Assembly: GCA_014860625.1 (NCBI GenBank)
Contig: JACZJJ010000088.1
Span: 12,468-76,467 of the forward strand
Length of the DNA stretch: 64,000 nt
DNA from: Bacteroidales bacterium
Lineage (GTDB): Bacteria; Bacteroidota; Bacteroidia; Bacteroidales; FEN-979
Direction: 5' to 3'
The position numbers and the translations under genes were made by a program. Positions 19,337-28,703 of this stretch are shown here, piece after piece. How positions within the stretch are numbered: position 1 is the first letter of the stretch; every line of letters begins with the position of its first letter. The notes beneath the pieces are model-generated. The model was given only the letters and a program-made list of their open reading frames with translations. It was not told the DNA's origin and did not search any database.

Positions 19337-20001
19337 TCGGTCAGGTACATGATGACGTATTCATTCCCGTCAATCAACAGAGCCCAGGGGGACCATCCCT
19401 GATTGTATTTATTGGTGATGCCATTTTTCATTTCTGTCAGCCCATTGTACACCTGTACATTCCACGCCATGGTGGAGTTCAATTGGATTTCGACGAAGAG
19501 TAGGCTCAACTTGCCTCTCACAAGTGTATAACCGAAGGGGACATATCCCAGGGCATTGTACTTGTTGATCGTACTGCTGAGTCCCTGGTTTGAATAGACT
19601 GCATTCTGGATGGTCCAGGCTGTTGCTGTGTTCTTGAATTTTAGGAATAATACATAATAGGTGCCATCATAACAGCCAATCTCCTTGGGAACAAAGTCCT
19701 CTTTTCCCATTGCATTGATACCGTTTTCGAGGGCAATATCGCTGGAATAGGTATTCAGGTACCAGGCGGTAATACCCAACGTCTGGTCGTTGATATAAAG
19801 CACGTAAAGACTCACAACCTGGCCGTTGGGATCTGGTGCAACCTCGATACCCACAGGGAGATAACCCTGATTTACTTTCTTTGTAATCTCATTGGACAGA
19901 AAAGTTGTGTTTCCGGATTTGTACCACTCAAGGATCCAGTTCTGGGAAAACAGAAGGGTGGAGGAGAGAACAATAATCAAGGTCAGGAACAGTTTTTTCA
20001 T
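19333..20001 (-). CDS. secreted protein built from four ~45-55-aa internal repeats (hypothetical)
   Basis: 222 aa from ATG 20001 (MKKLFLTLIIVLSSTLLFSQ signal). The repeats each start with (N/A)W and contain I(T/N)(K)KxNxGYxPxG. The track start 20082 overlaps the upstream gene. Confidence 0.6.
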   Translation of the reverse strand: MKKLFLTLIIVLSSTLLFSQNWILEWYKSGNTTFLSNEITKKVNQGYLPVGIEVAPDPNGQVVSLYVLYINDQTLGITAWYLNTYSSDIALENGINAMGKEDFVPKEIGCYDGTYYVLFLKFKNTATAWTIQNAVYSNQGLSSTINKYNALGYVPFGYTLVRGKLSLLFVEIQLNSTMAWNVQVYNGLTEMKNGITNKYNQGWSPWALLIDGNEYVIMYLTD

Positions 20002-20014
20002 GGCTGTGTGGTTT

Positions 20015-20944
20015 TTATTGTTTAAATAACCAGGCGTCTTTGTAGAGGGTTTTGGCTTCCCTGAGAAGTCGTAAAGCCTCATCTCTGTCTAACGTGTCAA
20101 ATATCGACACTCTGACTTTTTCTCCGTTCTGAAGGAGTTTTGCCTGCGTGTAGTCTTTTGCAATCAACTGCTGGACAACTTTTTCAGCCTCTTTCAATGG
20201 AAGTTGGCTCTTTACAATGATGTAAAAGTGATCCGTTGATGGGGTGGTACTGATAACAGGTTTCAATTCGTCTGAGGCTTGTCTTGGAAGTGGATTGTTG
20301 CCAGGAGTAACAGTAACCGGTTTGGGAGCTGAATCAGGAGGCTTCTGGCCGCATATTTGCGGCACCCCTGCTATGTCCTTGACTTCTCCGAACCAGGCGG
20401 CGGCATAGTTCTGACAGATGCCAATTCCGATCGCATTCCATTGTTTTCCTTCCCATTTCCCGGTATTCATGAGAAAGCCGTTGAAATAATCAAACGATCT
20501 CCAGAAAGCGATCACACTGTCGATTACAACAGCACTGTTTTCCCAATAAACGATTTCAAAACCTTTTCCAGGATAACCCGACAGCTCCAATGGCTTATCC
20601 CATACTGAATTTTTTTTATCCTCATCACCCGGATAACAGAAAGCCTTCCAGGGACCTTTATCAGACCAGGAATGGAAATTGCAGTCACCCGCATCAGGGT
20701 GATGAAAGAACAGGTCTTTAACATGTGTATTGGCGACGTAACACAGAGATCGGGATAACGGAACAGGAGGAAGGTCATACTGCCTCCTGTACTCGTTAAT
20801 CATCCTGTACAGCTTCGCCTCATCCTCGGAAATACAAAAACTGTCGGGAACTTCACTGACCTGAACAACTTTCGTTTGCGCATCTGTGATTGATGTGATG
20901 CAGCAGAAAAGAATCAGGATCAGTATTATTTTTTTTGCAACCAT
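20015..20944 (-). CDS. CAP/SCP (YkwD-like) domain protein with C-terminal SPOR domain
   Basis: 309 aa with a signal peptide. YRMINEYRRQYDLPPVPLSRSLCYVANTHVKD is CAP-like. The C-terminal FYIIVKSQ...VRVSIFDTLDRDEALRLLREAK is a SPOR-like beta-alpha-beta-beta pattern. Confidence 0.7.
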   Translation of the reverse strand: MVAKKIILILILFCCITSITDAQTKVVQVSEVPDSFCISEDEAKLYRMINEYRRQYDLPPVPLSRSLCYVANTHVKDLFFHHPDAGDCNFHSWSDKGPWKAFCYPGDEDKKNSVWDKPLELSGYPGKGFEIVYWENSAVVIDSVIAFWRSFDYFNGFLMNTGKWEGKQWNAIGIGICQNYAAAWFGEVKDIAGVPQICGQKPPDSAPKPVTVTPGNNPLPRQASDELKPVISTTPSTDHFYIIVKSQLPLKEAEKVVQQLIAKDYTQAKLLQNGEKVRVSIFDTLDRDEALRLLREAKTLYKDAWLFKQ

Positions 20945-22932
20945 TCTATCGGTGGTCGTATCTGTTTTGCACTGTAATACAACGTTTTACCTGGATCCAG
21001 GATGCGGGCATAAAAGGAATATCCTCCCAGGTTGTTCTCTATTTTGAGTAGCAGCTTATTCCACCCGATTCTTAAATGAACAGGGATTACCGCCTGGTCG
21101 GGTTGAGCAATTCTGATACCCAGGTAACGGTAAATCTCCTTGTTGTTAAAAAATACCTTCGCCCCGTCGTCACTTCCGATCATCAGCAGGACATCTTTTT
21201 CCTGAAGGGAATAAATATACGTCAGGGCATAAGTTACAACCAGTTCATTGGGATCTACTTTATCCCACAGTGAAACATAACCGTTCTCAGGTGTTCTTAC
21301 GTATTTCCAGCGAATAGGTTGCCCTAGGGCACCGCCATATCTCATGTTGGTGTCAATGCTGACCTCCGGCGGATAGATAGAATCGATTCCAAGTCGCTGG
21401 GTTTCAGTAATCCGTGGATTTGGGAAAGGTCCAAGAATATACCAGTCGGGTATATAGGTTCTCTTCGGAATCATATCGGCTCCGTCAAACCCGATCAGAT
21501 ATCCGGTGGATTTTGGATCCTTTCCGGTGACTTTTATCTCTATTTTAATTTTGCCGTAAGCAGGGATGATATCCGTTAAAGAAACTTTTCCACCCGCTTT
21601 TAAAAGAGAAGAATAACCGTTAAAATCTCCAACTTTTTGATGCTGGCAATAGATCTCAAATTCCCCATAATCAGGTCCTTTGCTGAAATAGAGATCGATC
21701 CTGTATCCCGATTCGAACATTTTCTCCAGATTGATGCTAATTTCAGAACCTTTGTCGGTCCCGATAAGAAGATGTTTCCCTTCACTCCAATCGGGACCAA
21801 GGTCTGAAACATCGATCACTTCGTTCGAAATACCTTCCATCGATATCGGGAGTTCTTCTGCTTCAATAAGGCTGTTCGGGGTAATCTGAGAAAGTGGTAT
21901 GCGACTACCTGCCTTTGTAAGAGCCGGGAGAGCAAAATGATCCTCCAGCTGGTACCAGTAAACCGTACTGCTGTAGTCGGCAATCTCCTGGTTATTCTGG
22001 CCATGCTCAATTGTAAACAAAATGTGCTTTTTAAAGGGAATCGGGTCCATGATGTTCAACCGATAAGCAGAGATCCTTCCCAGTGAGTCGTCTTTAAGAA
22101 TCAATCCGCTGTAAGGACCGGCAAACTCCCCCTGATTGAAATACCATCCGCCCGAGAAATAGTCCTCTGTTCCGGTTCCAACGATAGAAGGTTTTTTTTC
22201 ACTGTCAACATAAACCATCTCATTTCCTTCAAGGAAGGAGAGACTCCCGTCGTACGACTGAATCTGAAGGTTGACACCAACAACATGTCCCTGACCATCA
22301 GCCTTTAAGATGGTATAATTTGAATCATAGTCTGTTCGGATATCCCTGTTCCAGTGAGCATGAAAATACCCCACACTGCGGTCGAGATAGCCTTCCAGCT
22401 TAAAATAGTTTATCTGATAATACAAGGCATAAACCTCCTGGGTTGTCTCGTTAACTACCTGGATTCTAGCCGATTTTTCAAAAGGCATGGGGAAATAACA
22501 GACATAGCCTCCACTTGTCATGCCAAGGTATTGTGAAACATACTGCCGGTATTCAAACGCACATCCGAAAAAATCGCCAAAAGGTACCTCCACGGAAGGG
22601 ACCTCTTCATCATCCCAATACATTTTTAAAACCAACCGCCTCAGGAAGTTGGGATCTCTTGAGTCAACCGTGAACCAAATCCGTGTGATGATTCCAGGGC
22701 CGGTAACGTTCAGGATGGTTGCGGTTGCTCCGGAGGCGATGGTTATTCTGTCATTATTCTGACCGGTTGAATCAGTACTTGCCACCTGGTACTGTTTAGC
22801 TGTTTTGGCATAGGGGAGAGATGCCGGAGATAACAACTTTTCCAGGTCCGCCCTGTTGGTGGAGGGGTCACAGCCCGAAAGGATCAATCCTGCAAGCCCT
22901 GACAGCAAAATAACTAGACGAGATACCTTCAT
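20926..22932 (-). CDS. DUF2961-type glycoside hydrolase-like lipoprotein (GH172-like) with extra C-terminal beta-rich domain
   Basis: 668 aa with an LSGC lipobox. The GTGTEDYFSGGWYF motif is characteristic of DUF2961. Confidence 0.75.
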   Translation of the reverse strand: MKVSRLVILLSGLAGLILSGCDPSTNRADLEKLLSPASLPYAKTAKQYQVASTDSTGQNNDRITIASGATATILNVTGPGIITRIWFTVDSRDPNFLRRLVLKMYWDDEEVPSVEVPFGDFFGCAFEYRQYVSQYLGMTSGGYVCYFPMPFEKSARIQVVNETTQEVYALYYQINYFKLEGYLDRSVGYFHAHWNRDIRTDYDSNYTILKADGQGHVVGVNLQIQSYDGSLSFLEGNEMVYVDSEKKPSIVGTGTEDYFSGGWYFNQGEFAGPYSGLILKDDSLGRISAYRLNIMDPIPFKKHILFTIEHGQNNQEIADYSSTVYWYQLEDHFALPALTKAGSRIPLSQITPNSLIEAEELPISMEGISNEVIDVSDLGPDWSEGKHLLIGTDKGSEISINLEKMFESGYRIDLYFSKGPDYGEFEIYCQHQKVGDFNGYSSLLKAGGKVSLTDIIPAYGKIKIEIKVTGKDPKSTGYLIGFDGADMIPKRTYIPDWYILGPFPNPRITETQRLGIDSIYPPEVSIDTNMRYGGALGQPIRWKYVRTPENGYVSLWDKVDPNELVVTYALTYIYSLQEKDVLLMIGSDDGAKVFFNNKEIYRYLGIRIAQPDQAVIPVHLRIGWNKLLLKIENNLGGYSFYARILDPGKTLYYSAKQIRPPIEWLQKK

Positions 22933-22982
22933 GATTTATTGATTCTGTTTTTCAATGGCAAAGTTCTAAAAACTTATTGAAT

Positions 22983-23024
22983 TAGATGTTAGATGCTAGA
23001 TACTGGATACTAGATGCTGGATGT
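22983..23024. repeat. period-7 degenerate array, 6 units (tagatgt/tagatgc/tagatac/tggatac/tagatgc/tggatgt)
   Basis: Read directly from the sequence. Intergenic, between the GH63-like stop and the DUF2961 start. Confidence 0.85.
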
Positions 23025-23025
23025 T

Positions 23026-23060
23026 TAATCCCTAATCCCTATTCCCTAATCGCTAATCCC
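23026..23060. repeat. period-7 degenerate array, 5 units (taatccc/taatccc/tattccc/taatcgc/taatccc)
   Basis: Read directly from the sequence. It spans the GH63-like stop codon (23039-23041) and encodes its last residues QGLAIRE. Confidence 0.85.
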
Positions 23061-25213
23061 TGATACTCTTCAATCAGCAGTTTCGCCATAATGGCATCCC
23101 AGATATAATTAGATGGAGAATTAAGCACCTCATTATCGGGACTGTATGACTCCCAGAAATTATGATTCTTGCTCAATTGCATAACCACGGCATCTACCAT
23201 TTTATCCGCTAATTGATGAGCCAGTGAGTCGTATCCATAGTTTTTCAGTCCGTCATATACCATGTAATCCCAGAGCAGCCATACCGGGCCGTTCCACTTG
23301 CAGCAGTAATCAACATTCGGACTGTACCACGGATCATCTGCCGAGAGGGTTGGAATGCCGTACCTTCGCCAGAATTTTGTGGTATCAGACAGGACTTTTA
23401 CCAGCCGGGCTGCTCTGTCCGGTGGCGCTGCTTCAGCCCACAAGGCAAGAAAAGCGATGATTTCCTGCCGCCTGAGATCGCGGGTCATGAAATACCAGCC
23501 ATGATCGTCCCGATTTACAGAATAATAAAATCCCGTAGAGTCATCCCACATGCGTTCGTTGACCAGTTGTGAGGTTTTATCTGCTTTCTCAAGCCAATTC
23601 CTGGATTCTTCTGTTTTGCCGAGGGCTTTTGCCATTTCTGCCAGGCTGCGTTCTTCCTTGATGACCATAAGGGTCAAATCGAGGCATTCCAGTTCGTCTG
23701 AGATGTCCTCTTTGTCAACATCCAGATATCTTTCTGCAGATACCTGAAATACCGCATTATACCAATCCCTTACATTCTCAATCAGTCCATACGGTCCCCA
23801 TTCGAACGTACCATCGCCATCCGAATCACGATTTTTGATGATCCAGTTCGTATATCTGACTCCTGAATTGTAGGCTTCTTCAAGAAATTCACGGTCTTTG
23901 CTCACGTTGTAAATTTCCAGGTTGATCCAACTGAAGAATGGCGCCGAGGTTGTCGACATCTTCTTGTGTGGATAATCCTGTAACCCCCTGGGACCGTGAC
24001 GGTAAGCGATCAGTCCATCCTCTCGCTGCTGCTCCATGAAAACCTGTTGGGATCCCTCGGCCGAATTCGGATCCATGTAGACATAGGACAGCATGCTGAG
24101 CGATTCGTGCAGCACCTGATGTCCGTGTCCCCATCCCCAGAGTGGGTTTCGGCTGAAGACGTAGAAGTTGTGTGTCGTCTTTCCAGACGGAGGGTACATC
24201 GATCCGCGCACCAGATTAAATGAACTGAGATAAACCAGCTTCTCGCCGCCTGTTTTAAACCGGATTTTAGGAACTTTTGCGAAGAGAATAAGATTGTCGT
24301 CATAGAAACTCCTGAGATGCATTTTCTTCACAGCTTCCATTTCGTTCAGTAACTGCTCAACCTCCTCATTCTGGCTCTGAACTCCGCGCAAATACCTGAG
24401 ATTTACCTGCTCTCCAGGCCTTAACCGTTCCTTGAGCTGAATTGCCGCATAATCAACTAAACCAGTATATTGTGTATTTAAATTATCCAATCTGTTGGTC
24501 GAATAATAATCCGTTTTAACCTGTGAATAAAAATCATCCAGATGCCCCCTATACCCTCCATAGGAATCGTTTGTTTGATTGGTGGTGAAGATATTCCGAA
24601 GTCGCGTTGGATACCCGTAATCCGGCTTCATGCTACTGATCAGTCGGTAAAGGCTTTCCCGGTGGTGCAGGATGTAACTCTGACGGAGGCTGTCATACCC
24701 GATTATTTCCAGCGAATCATTTCCCAGTTCGAGAATAGGGTACACCACTACCTCATGCGGGATGTTATCGGTGTTTTTCACCTCCATATCTACCAGCGCA
24801 ATCGCAGAACTGTAGACAAAAAAGGTCTCCTTTACACGGATTCCCCTGAAAGGTTCATACTCCAGGATCGCCATGTCGGGAAAAGAGAATACAACTACGG
24901 GTTTTCTAAAATACTCCCCGATGTTCCGGATCACGACTTCATCCACCTTCAAGATGCAAAACATGGAACCAGCCTGATCGGAAGAATATGTAACAGGCAT
25001 ACAATCAGAGTAATAGTTCATTTTATATGCCTTGTCGCCATACAGTCTGGAGCGCTTCATGGCAGCCGCATAAGTGGTGTACAGGGGATCATCCGCCCGG
25101 GCATCCATCCGAACATAATCCTCAACAGGCTTCAGGTTCTGCGCGTAAAGAGTACTGGGGAAGATAATACCCAGGATGACCAGGATCCTGAATAAAATGA
25201 AAAACGGTTTCAT
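23039..25213 (-). CDS. (alpha/alpha)6-barrel glycoside hydrolase-like protein, GH63/MGH1-like
   Basis: 724 aa from ATG 25213 (MKPFFILFRILVILG signal). The C-terminal region has WNGPVWLLWDYMVYDGLKNYGY and FWESYSPDN, typical of the GH63/trehalase-like clan. Confidence 0.65.
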   Translation of the reverse strand: MKPFFILFRILVILGIIFPSTLYAQNLKPVEDYVRMDARADDPLYTTYAAAMKRSRLYGDKAYKMNYYSDCMPVTYSSDQAGSMFCILKVDEVVIRNIGEYFRKPVVVFSFPDMAILEYEPFRGIRVKETFFVYSSAIALVDMEVKNTDNIPHEVVVYPILELGNDSLEIIGYDSLRQSYILHHRESLYRLISSMKPDYGYPTRLRNIFTTNQTNDSYGGYRGHLDDFYSQVKTDYYSTNRLDNLNTQYTGLVDYAAIQLKERLRPGEQVNLRYLRGVQSQNEEVEQLLNEMEAVKKMHLRSFYDDNLILFAKVPKIRFKTGGEKLVYLSSFNLVRGSMYPPSGKTTHNFYVFSRNPLWGWGHGHQVLHESLSMLSYVYMDPNSAEGSQQVFMEQQREDGLIAYRHGPRGLQDYPHKKMSTTSAPFFSWINLEIYNVSKDREFLEEAYNSGVRYTNWIIKNRDSDGDGTFEWGPYGLIENVRDWYNAVFQVSAERYLDVDKEDISDELECLDLTLMVIKEERSLAEMAKALGKTEESRNWLEKADKTSQLVNERMWDDSTGFYYSVNRDDHGWYFMTRDLRRQEIIAFLALWAEAAPPDRAARLVKVLSDTTKFWRRYGIPTLSADDPWYSPNVDYCCKWNGPVWLLWDYMVYDGLKNYGYDSLAHQLADKMVDAVVMQLSKNHNFWESYSPDNEVLNSPSNYIWDAIMAKLLIEEYQGLAIRE

Positions 25214-25261
25214 GGTGTAAAGATACGGTATATGGAGCAACCAGATTAAAAACACCTCTTT

Positions 25262-26734
25262 TTAATCCCAACCATTAAGGTATGCAGGAATAATAGTCAC
25301 CTCCCTTTTTGATGTGAGATAATGAGGGAGCAGCTCACCTTGTTTGGGAAAAACTGCCACATGCCTTCCTTGAGCGAGAAGAAGATTAACCTGCTCCTCA
25401 CTGGGGATAAACGAGTAGGAGGGAAACCCTGAATAAAACATGCATTCCACATAATGCCTGCCCTTCACATTGAAAACAACTGACCTTTCCGGTAGTGAAA
25501 TCGCCAACCCCTGAAATATCGTTTTATTCTGAAGTTGTATCCTGCCATATGAGTTGGCAGCTGAATCAATTCTATGGAGTTCAAGAATTCTCGATGGTTG
25601 AAGATTTAAATTAATGATGGCAACAAATAATAATAAGATTAACATTCCCGAGGCTATTGCAGGTAGTGATAATCGATTTAGATACTCCAATCCAGAATCA
25701 ACAGAGGTTGCAACAAGCAGAAAAATTGGAACGGCCACGATGAAAGGGTAACTTGGCATCTTTGTGGCTGCAACGGAAAAAAACAGGTAAACCATCAAAG
25801 GCATAAATACAAGTGCTGAACCCAGTCGCTTATCTTTTACCCTGAGAAAAAATACGATCAGCGAGGGAAGGATGAGGTACAGAGCTACGTTGCCGAAGAG
25901 ATCGCCAAAATGTTCAAAATAGTACCAGAAACTGCCTCCATGGCCTTCCAGAACACGCGTAAAATGCAACATGTTATACTGCATTGTTTGCTGTGCTTCA
26001 GCGGGATACCATGAAAAAATGAGAATCTGCCAGGGAAGAATAGTCAGAATGGTTACAAGAAAAGCGACCATCAGGCTGGAGTAATAACTATATTTCAACT
26101 TGTAAACCAGGATGTTATAAATACCCCATCCTGAATAGACTAATAATCCTACCAGCCATTTGCAAAGGATTGCAAACCCGGAAAAAAGACCAATAACGAG
26201 AATCCAATATCGCTTTCCAGTTGTGATATACTCAATCCATGCCCAAATACTTCCCGTTACATAAAAGAGGAAAGCTACATCGCTGTGATCCACTTCCATT
26301 CGTCCGCTCACCAGTTCAACAAGATGAAAAGAGGTTGCAGTAAGCAGTCCGGCAATATATCCTGTGCGTTGGTTGATGATTTGTAAACCGATCCTGTAGG
26401 CGAAATAAACAAGTCCCGTACTCATCAGCACACTTGGAAGACGCAGAGCGAATTCATTTACACCGAATAATTTGAAGCTTAATGCAATCTGCCAGAGGAA
26501 TAAAGGTTGTTTGTGAAGCCAAATCACAGCCCGGTCCCAACGATCATAAGCCATCGAAACTACAGGATTTTCATACAGAGTCGGCATCAGGGGATGATTC
26601 AGAAGGTTTCTGGCCACAAGGGCATGAAACCGTTCATCCCACAGATTTAGGAAAGGGTCAAGAAAAGAGGCAAATAGAAATAAGCCAAAGGCACCCAGGA
26701 GAAGAAGACCCAACGAATAATCGAATTTTTTCAA
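25262..26734 (-). CDS. GT-C fold glycosyltransferase (GT39/PMT- or ArnT-like, lipid-linked sugar donor type)
   Basis: 490 aa with about 11 TM helices. The first loop carries the WDERFHA (DE) motif typical of PMT/ArnT-type enzymes. It has a TTG start 1 nt after the upstream stop. Confidence 0.75.
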   Translation of the reverse strand: MKKFDYSLGLLLLGAFGLFLFASFLDPFLNLWDERFHALVARNLLNHPLMPTLYENPVVSMAYDRWDRAVIWLHKQPLFLWQIALSFKLFGVNEFALRLPSVLMSTGLVYFAYRIGLQIINQRTGYIAGLLTATSFHLVELVSGRMEVDHSDVAFLFYVTGSIWAWIEYITTGKRYWILVIGLFSGFAILCKWLVGLLVYSGWGIYNILVYKLKYSYYSSLMVAFLVTILTILPWQILIFSWYPAEAQQTMQYNMLHFTRVLEGHGGSFWYYFEHFGDLFGNVALYLILPSLIVFFLRVKDKRLGSALVFMPLMVYLFFSVAATKMPSYPFIVAVPIFLLVATSVDSGLEYLNRLSLPAIASGMLILLLFVAIINLNLQPSRILELHRIDSAANSYGRIQLQNKTIFQGLAISLPERSVVFNVKGRHYVECMFYSGFPSYSFIPSEEQVNLLLAQGRHVAVFPKQGELLPHYLTSKREVTIIPAYLNGWD

Positions 26735-26735
26735 T

Positions 26736-28703
26736 TCATCGTGTTTTTGTAAGGACTACTTTTTCATTTAGCTTTTTAATGAGATCGATATAGAGAAATT
26801 TTAGAGTCATGAGTTCTGAAGCCCGAAATTCTGTCAATTTCAACGCGTAGGATGCATTGATTTCAACCGTTTGGCCATCGCTAATGGCCGAATAAGAGAA
26901 TTCAACACCAACTTTTTCCATATGGGTTGATGCAGGTAATTTCTCAATATGAAACCCTTGTGGGATAACGATAGTTGATTTGTAGATTCGACATTTTGGA
27001 TAGGTGATATTAATTGGATAGTTCCTGACGCTTTTCTCAAAAGGATTCTCTGTTACCGGCTCAGATAAAAAGGGCGCAATATATATAGCACCTTCGATTG
27101 ATTCCGGTATTGAAGTTATTTGGCAATTGATTATATAGGGTGACTCTGAATTATCATATCCACTTGTTTGGATTTTGCTAAAAGGATCATACCCTTTACT
27201 CCGGAGATCCTCTTCAAACTCTTGCATATCATCACTGTAGGCCGATTTTAACCTCATACTTTCATAGATCGTTGATTTTATCGTTAGATCAATAATCATC
27301 GAATCTGTTTCTGGAGTAAACTGAATAAGAAAATCCTTTTGCAGGAGAGAAGGTTCTTTTTCTTCAAGGGAAACAAACTCCCACGTTTTCTCCTTGATCA
27401 CAAGTCCTTTTCCATTCAGGCATCTTGTGGGTAAATGTTGCTGAGGACAATTCGGTTCGGTGGCATCGGAGAGAATCCACTTGTCATTTACTTTAGCGAG
27501 AACCGCAATGTAATTAAAAAATTGAAGGAATGGATAATCAACTCTCAACCGGCCATGATCCCTTGTGCTAACCAGTATAGGATATGCTTCAATGCCCGAG
27601 GCATTGAGCATCCCTGTAAGAAACAAATTGATTTCTGATGAATTTCCCGTATCCTCTTCCAACAATGTATTTACCTTCTTTGTTGCAAATATTCTGCATT
27701 CCTCATTCCATTTCAGTCGGGATTTTACAAAGTCAACAACGGCTGAAAATTTCTCTGCCTCATTCAGTCTACCGATTCCTTTTTTTTCAATAAAATCTTT
27801 TGAATACCTGGTTGCAGCAGAAATAAATTTACCGAAATCCTTATGTGAATTCAGATCACTGGCTATTTTATCCCAGGTTTCGGCAATAGGTATAGAAACC
27901 CCTTGAGTAGTGGTCACCTTAGATAGTTGAAAATCAAGCCGCATTATGTAATCTTGTTCAGTTGTAATAAATGAAACATCTTTGAAAGCTGGGATATCTT
28001 TCATCCCGAACCGAGTGATAATATCATTATACGTGACACTTCCGTAATGTTTTTCCCAATCCTTCTCGGTAAATGACTCATAGAAATCAAATTTTGATGC
28101 ATTCTGCATAACATATGTATACTCATAAAACGGAATCGATGCAAATGTCAGTTCACTGTAAAAAGTAGGAATTTTTCGCTGAAACTGCCAACCTCGCAAG
28201 TTAAATAGCAGTGGTGAAACAATTTTGTATCGATACTCTATGACAGATCCCTCTTTAATCTCAGGTATTGCAGTTTTGCGGATGTACCAGTTGTCACTTG
28301 TTTTTTGAGTATAGATTTGGGAAGGATCCAATGAAGTTTTAACAATTTCTCCATTAATGAGGTTGTAGGAGCTGCCCTCCAGATTCATAACCTTCTCGAA
28401 TTCACTCATTTTCTGGTAAAATGGTATCTCTATCTCAGCATATTCAAAACCAGCTGTTGTAAAAATTTTTATTCTTGTATGTCTCTCATACACAACATGA
28501 AATCCTTCATCAGAAGGAGTGAAATATGTCTTACCCAGATCAAACAGGACAAGAGCCTCCATTTCAGGATCTGATTTGCATTTTTTTTGCGTAAGTTCAT
28601 CTATCCCAACAGAACCAAATGGCCTCAAGTGATTTTGGCAAAAGGATTGGATACTGATAAAGACAAGACAGAGCAGTAAAATAACGGGCCGGGAATTCAT
28701 CAT
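26736..28703 (-). CDS. DUF3857/transglutaminase-like family protein, catalytic Cys and His replaced (predicted inactive paralog)
   Basis: 655 aa with a signal peptide. The core region GNSSEINLFLTGML...FNYIAV...LSDAT aligns by eye to GDCKALTLYMRSIL...FNHVIL...LECT of the neighbouring paralog. Confidence 0.7.
   Translation of the reverse strand: MMNSRPVILLLCLVFISIQSFCQNHLRPFGSVGIDELTQKKCKSDPEMEALVLFDLGKTYFTPSDEGFHVVYERHTRIKIFTTAGFEYAEIEIPFYQKMSEFEKVMNLEGSSYNLINGEIVKTSLDPSQIYTQKTSDNWYIRKTAIPEIKEGSVIEYRYKIVSPLLFNLRGWQFQRKIPTFYSELTFASIPFYEYTYVMQNASKFDFYESFTEKDWEKHYGSVTYNDIITRFGMKDIPAFKDVSFITTEQDYIMRLDFQLSKVTTTQGVSIPIAETWDKIASDLNSHKDFGKFISAATRYSKDFIEKKGIGRLNEAEKFSAVVDFVKSRLKWNEECRIFATKKVNTLLEEDTGNSSEINLFLTGMLNASGIEAYPILVSTRDHGRLRVDYPFLQFFNYIAVLAKVNDKWILSDATEPNCPQQHLPTRCLNGKGLVIKEKTWEFVSLEEKEPSLLQKDFLIQFTPETDSMIIDLTIKSTIYESMRLKSAYSDDMQEFEEDLRSKGYDPFSKIQTSGYDNSESPYIINCQITSIPESIEGAIYIAPFLSEPVTENPFEKSVRNYPINITYPKCRIYKSTIVIPQGFHIEKLPASTHMEKVGVEFSYSAISDGQTVEINASYALKLTEFRASELMTLKFLYIDLIKKLNEKVVLTKTR

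Noticed and set aside
23026-23060. The taatccc repeat resembles telomere-type CCCTAA(A/T) repeats.
   Set aside because: It is only 5 degenerate units, internal to a dense bacterial gene array and overlapping a CDS end, and the context is clearly a bacterial chromosome.
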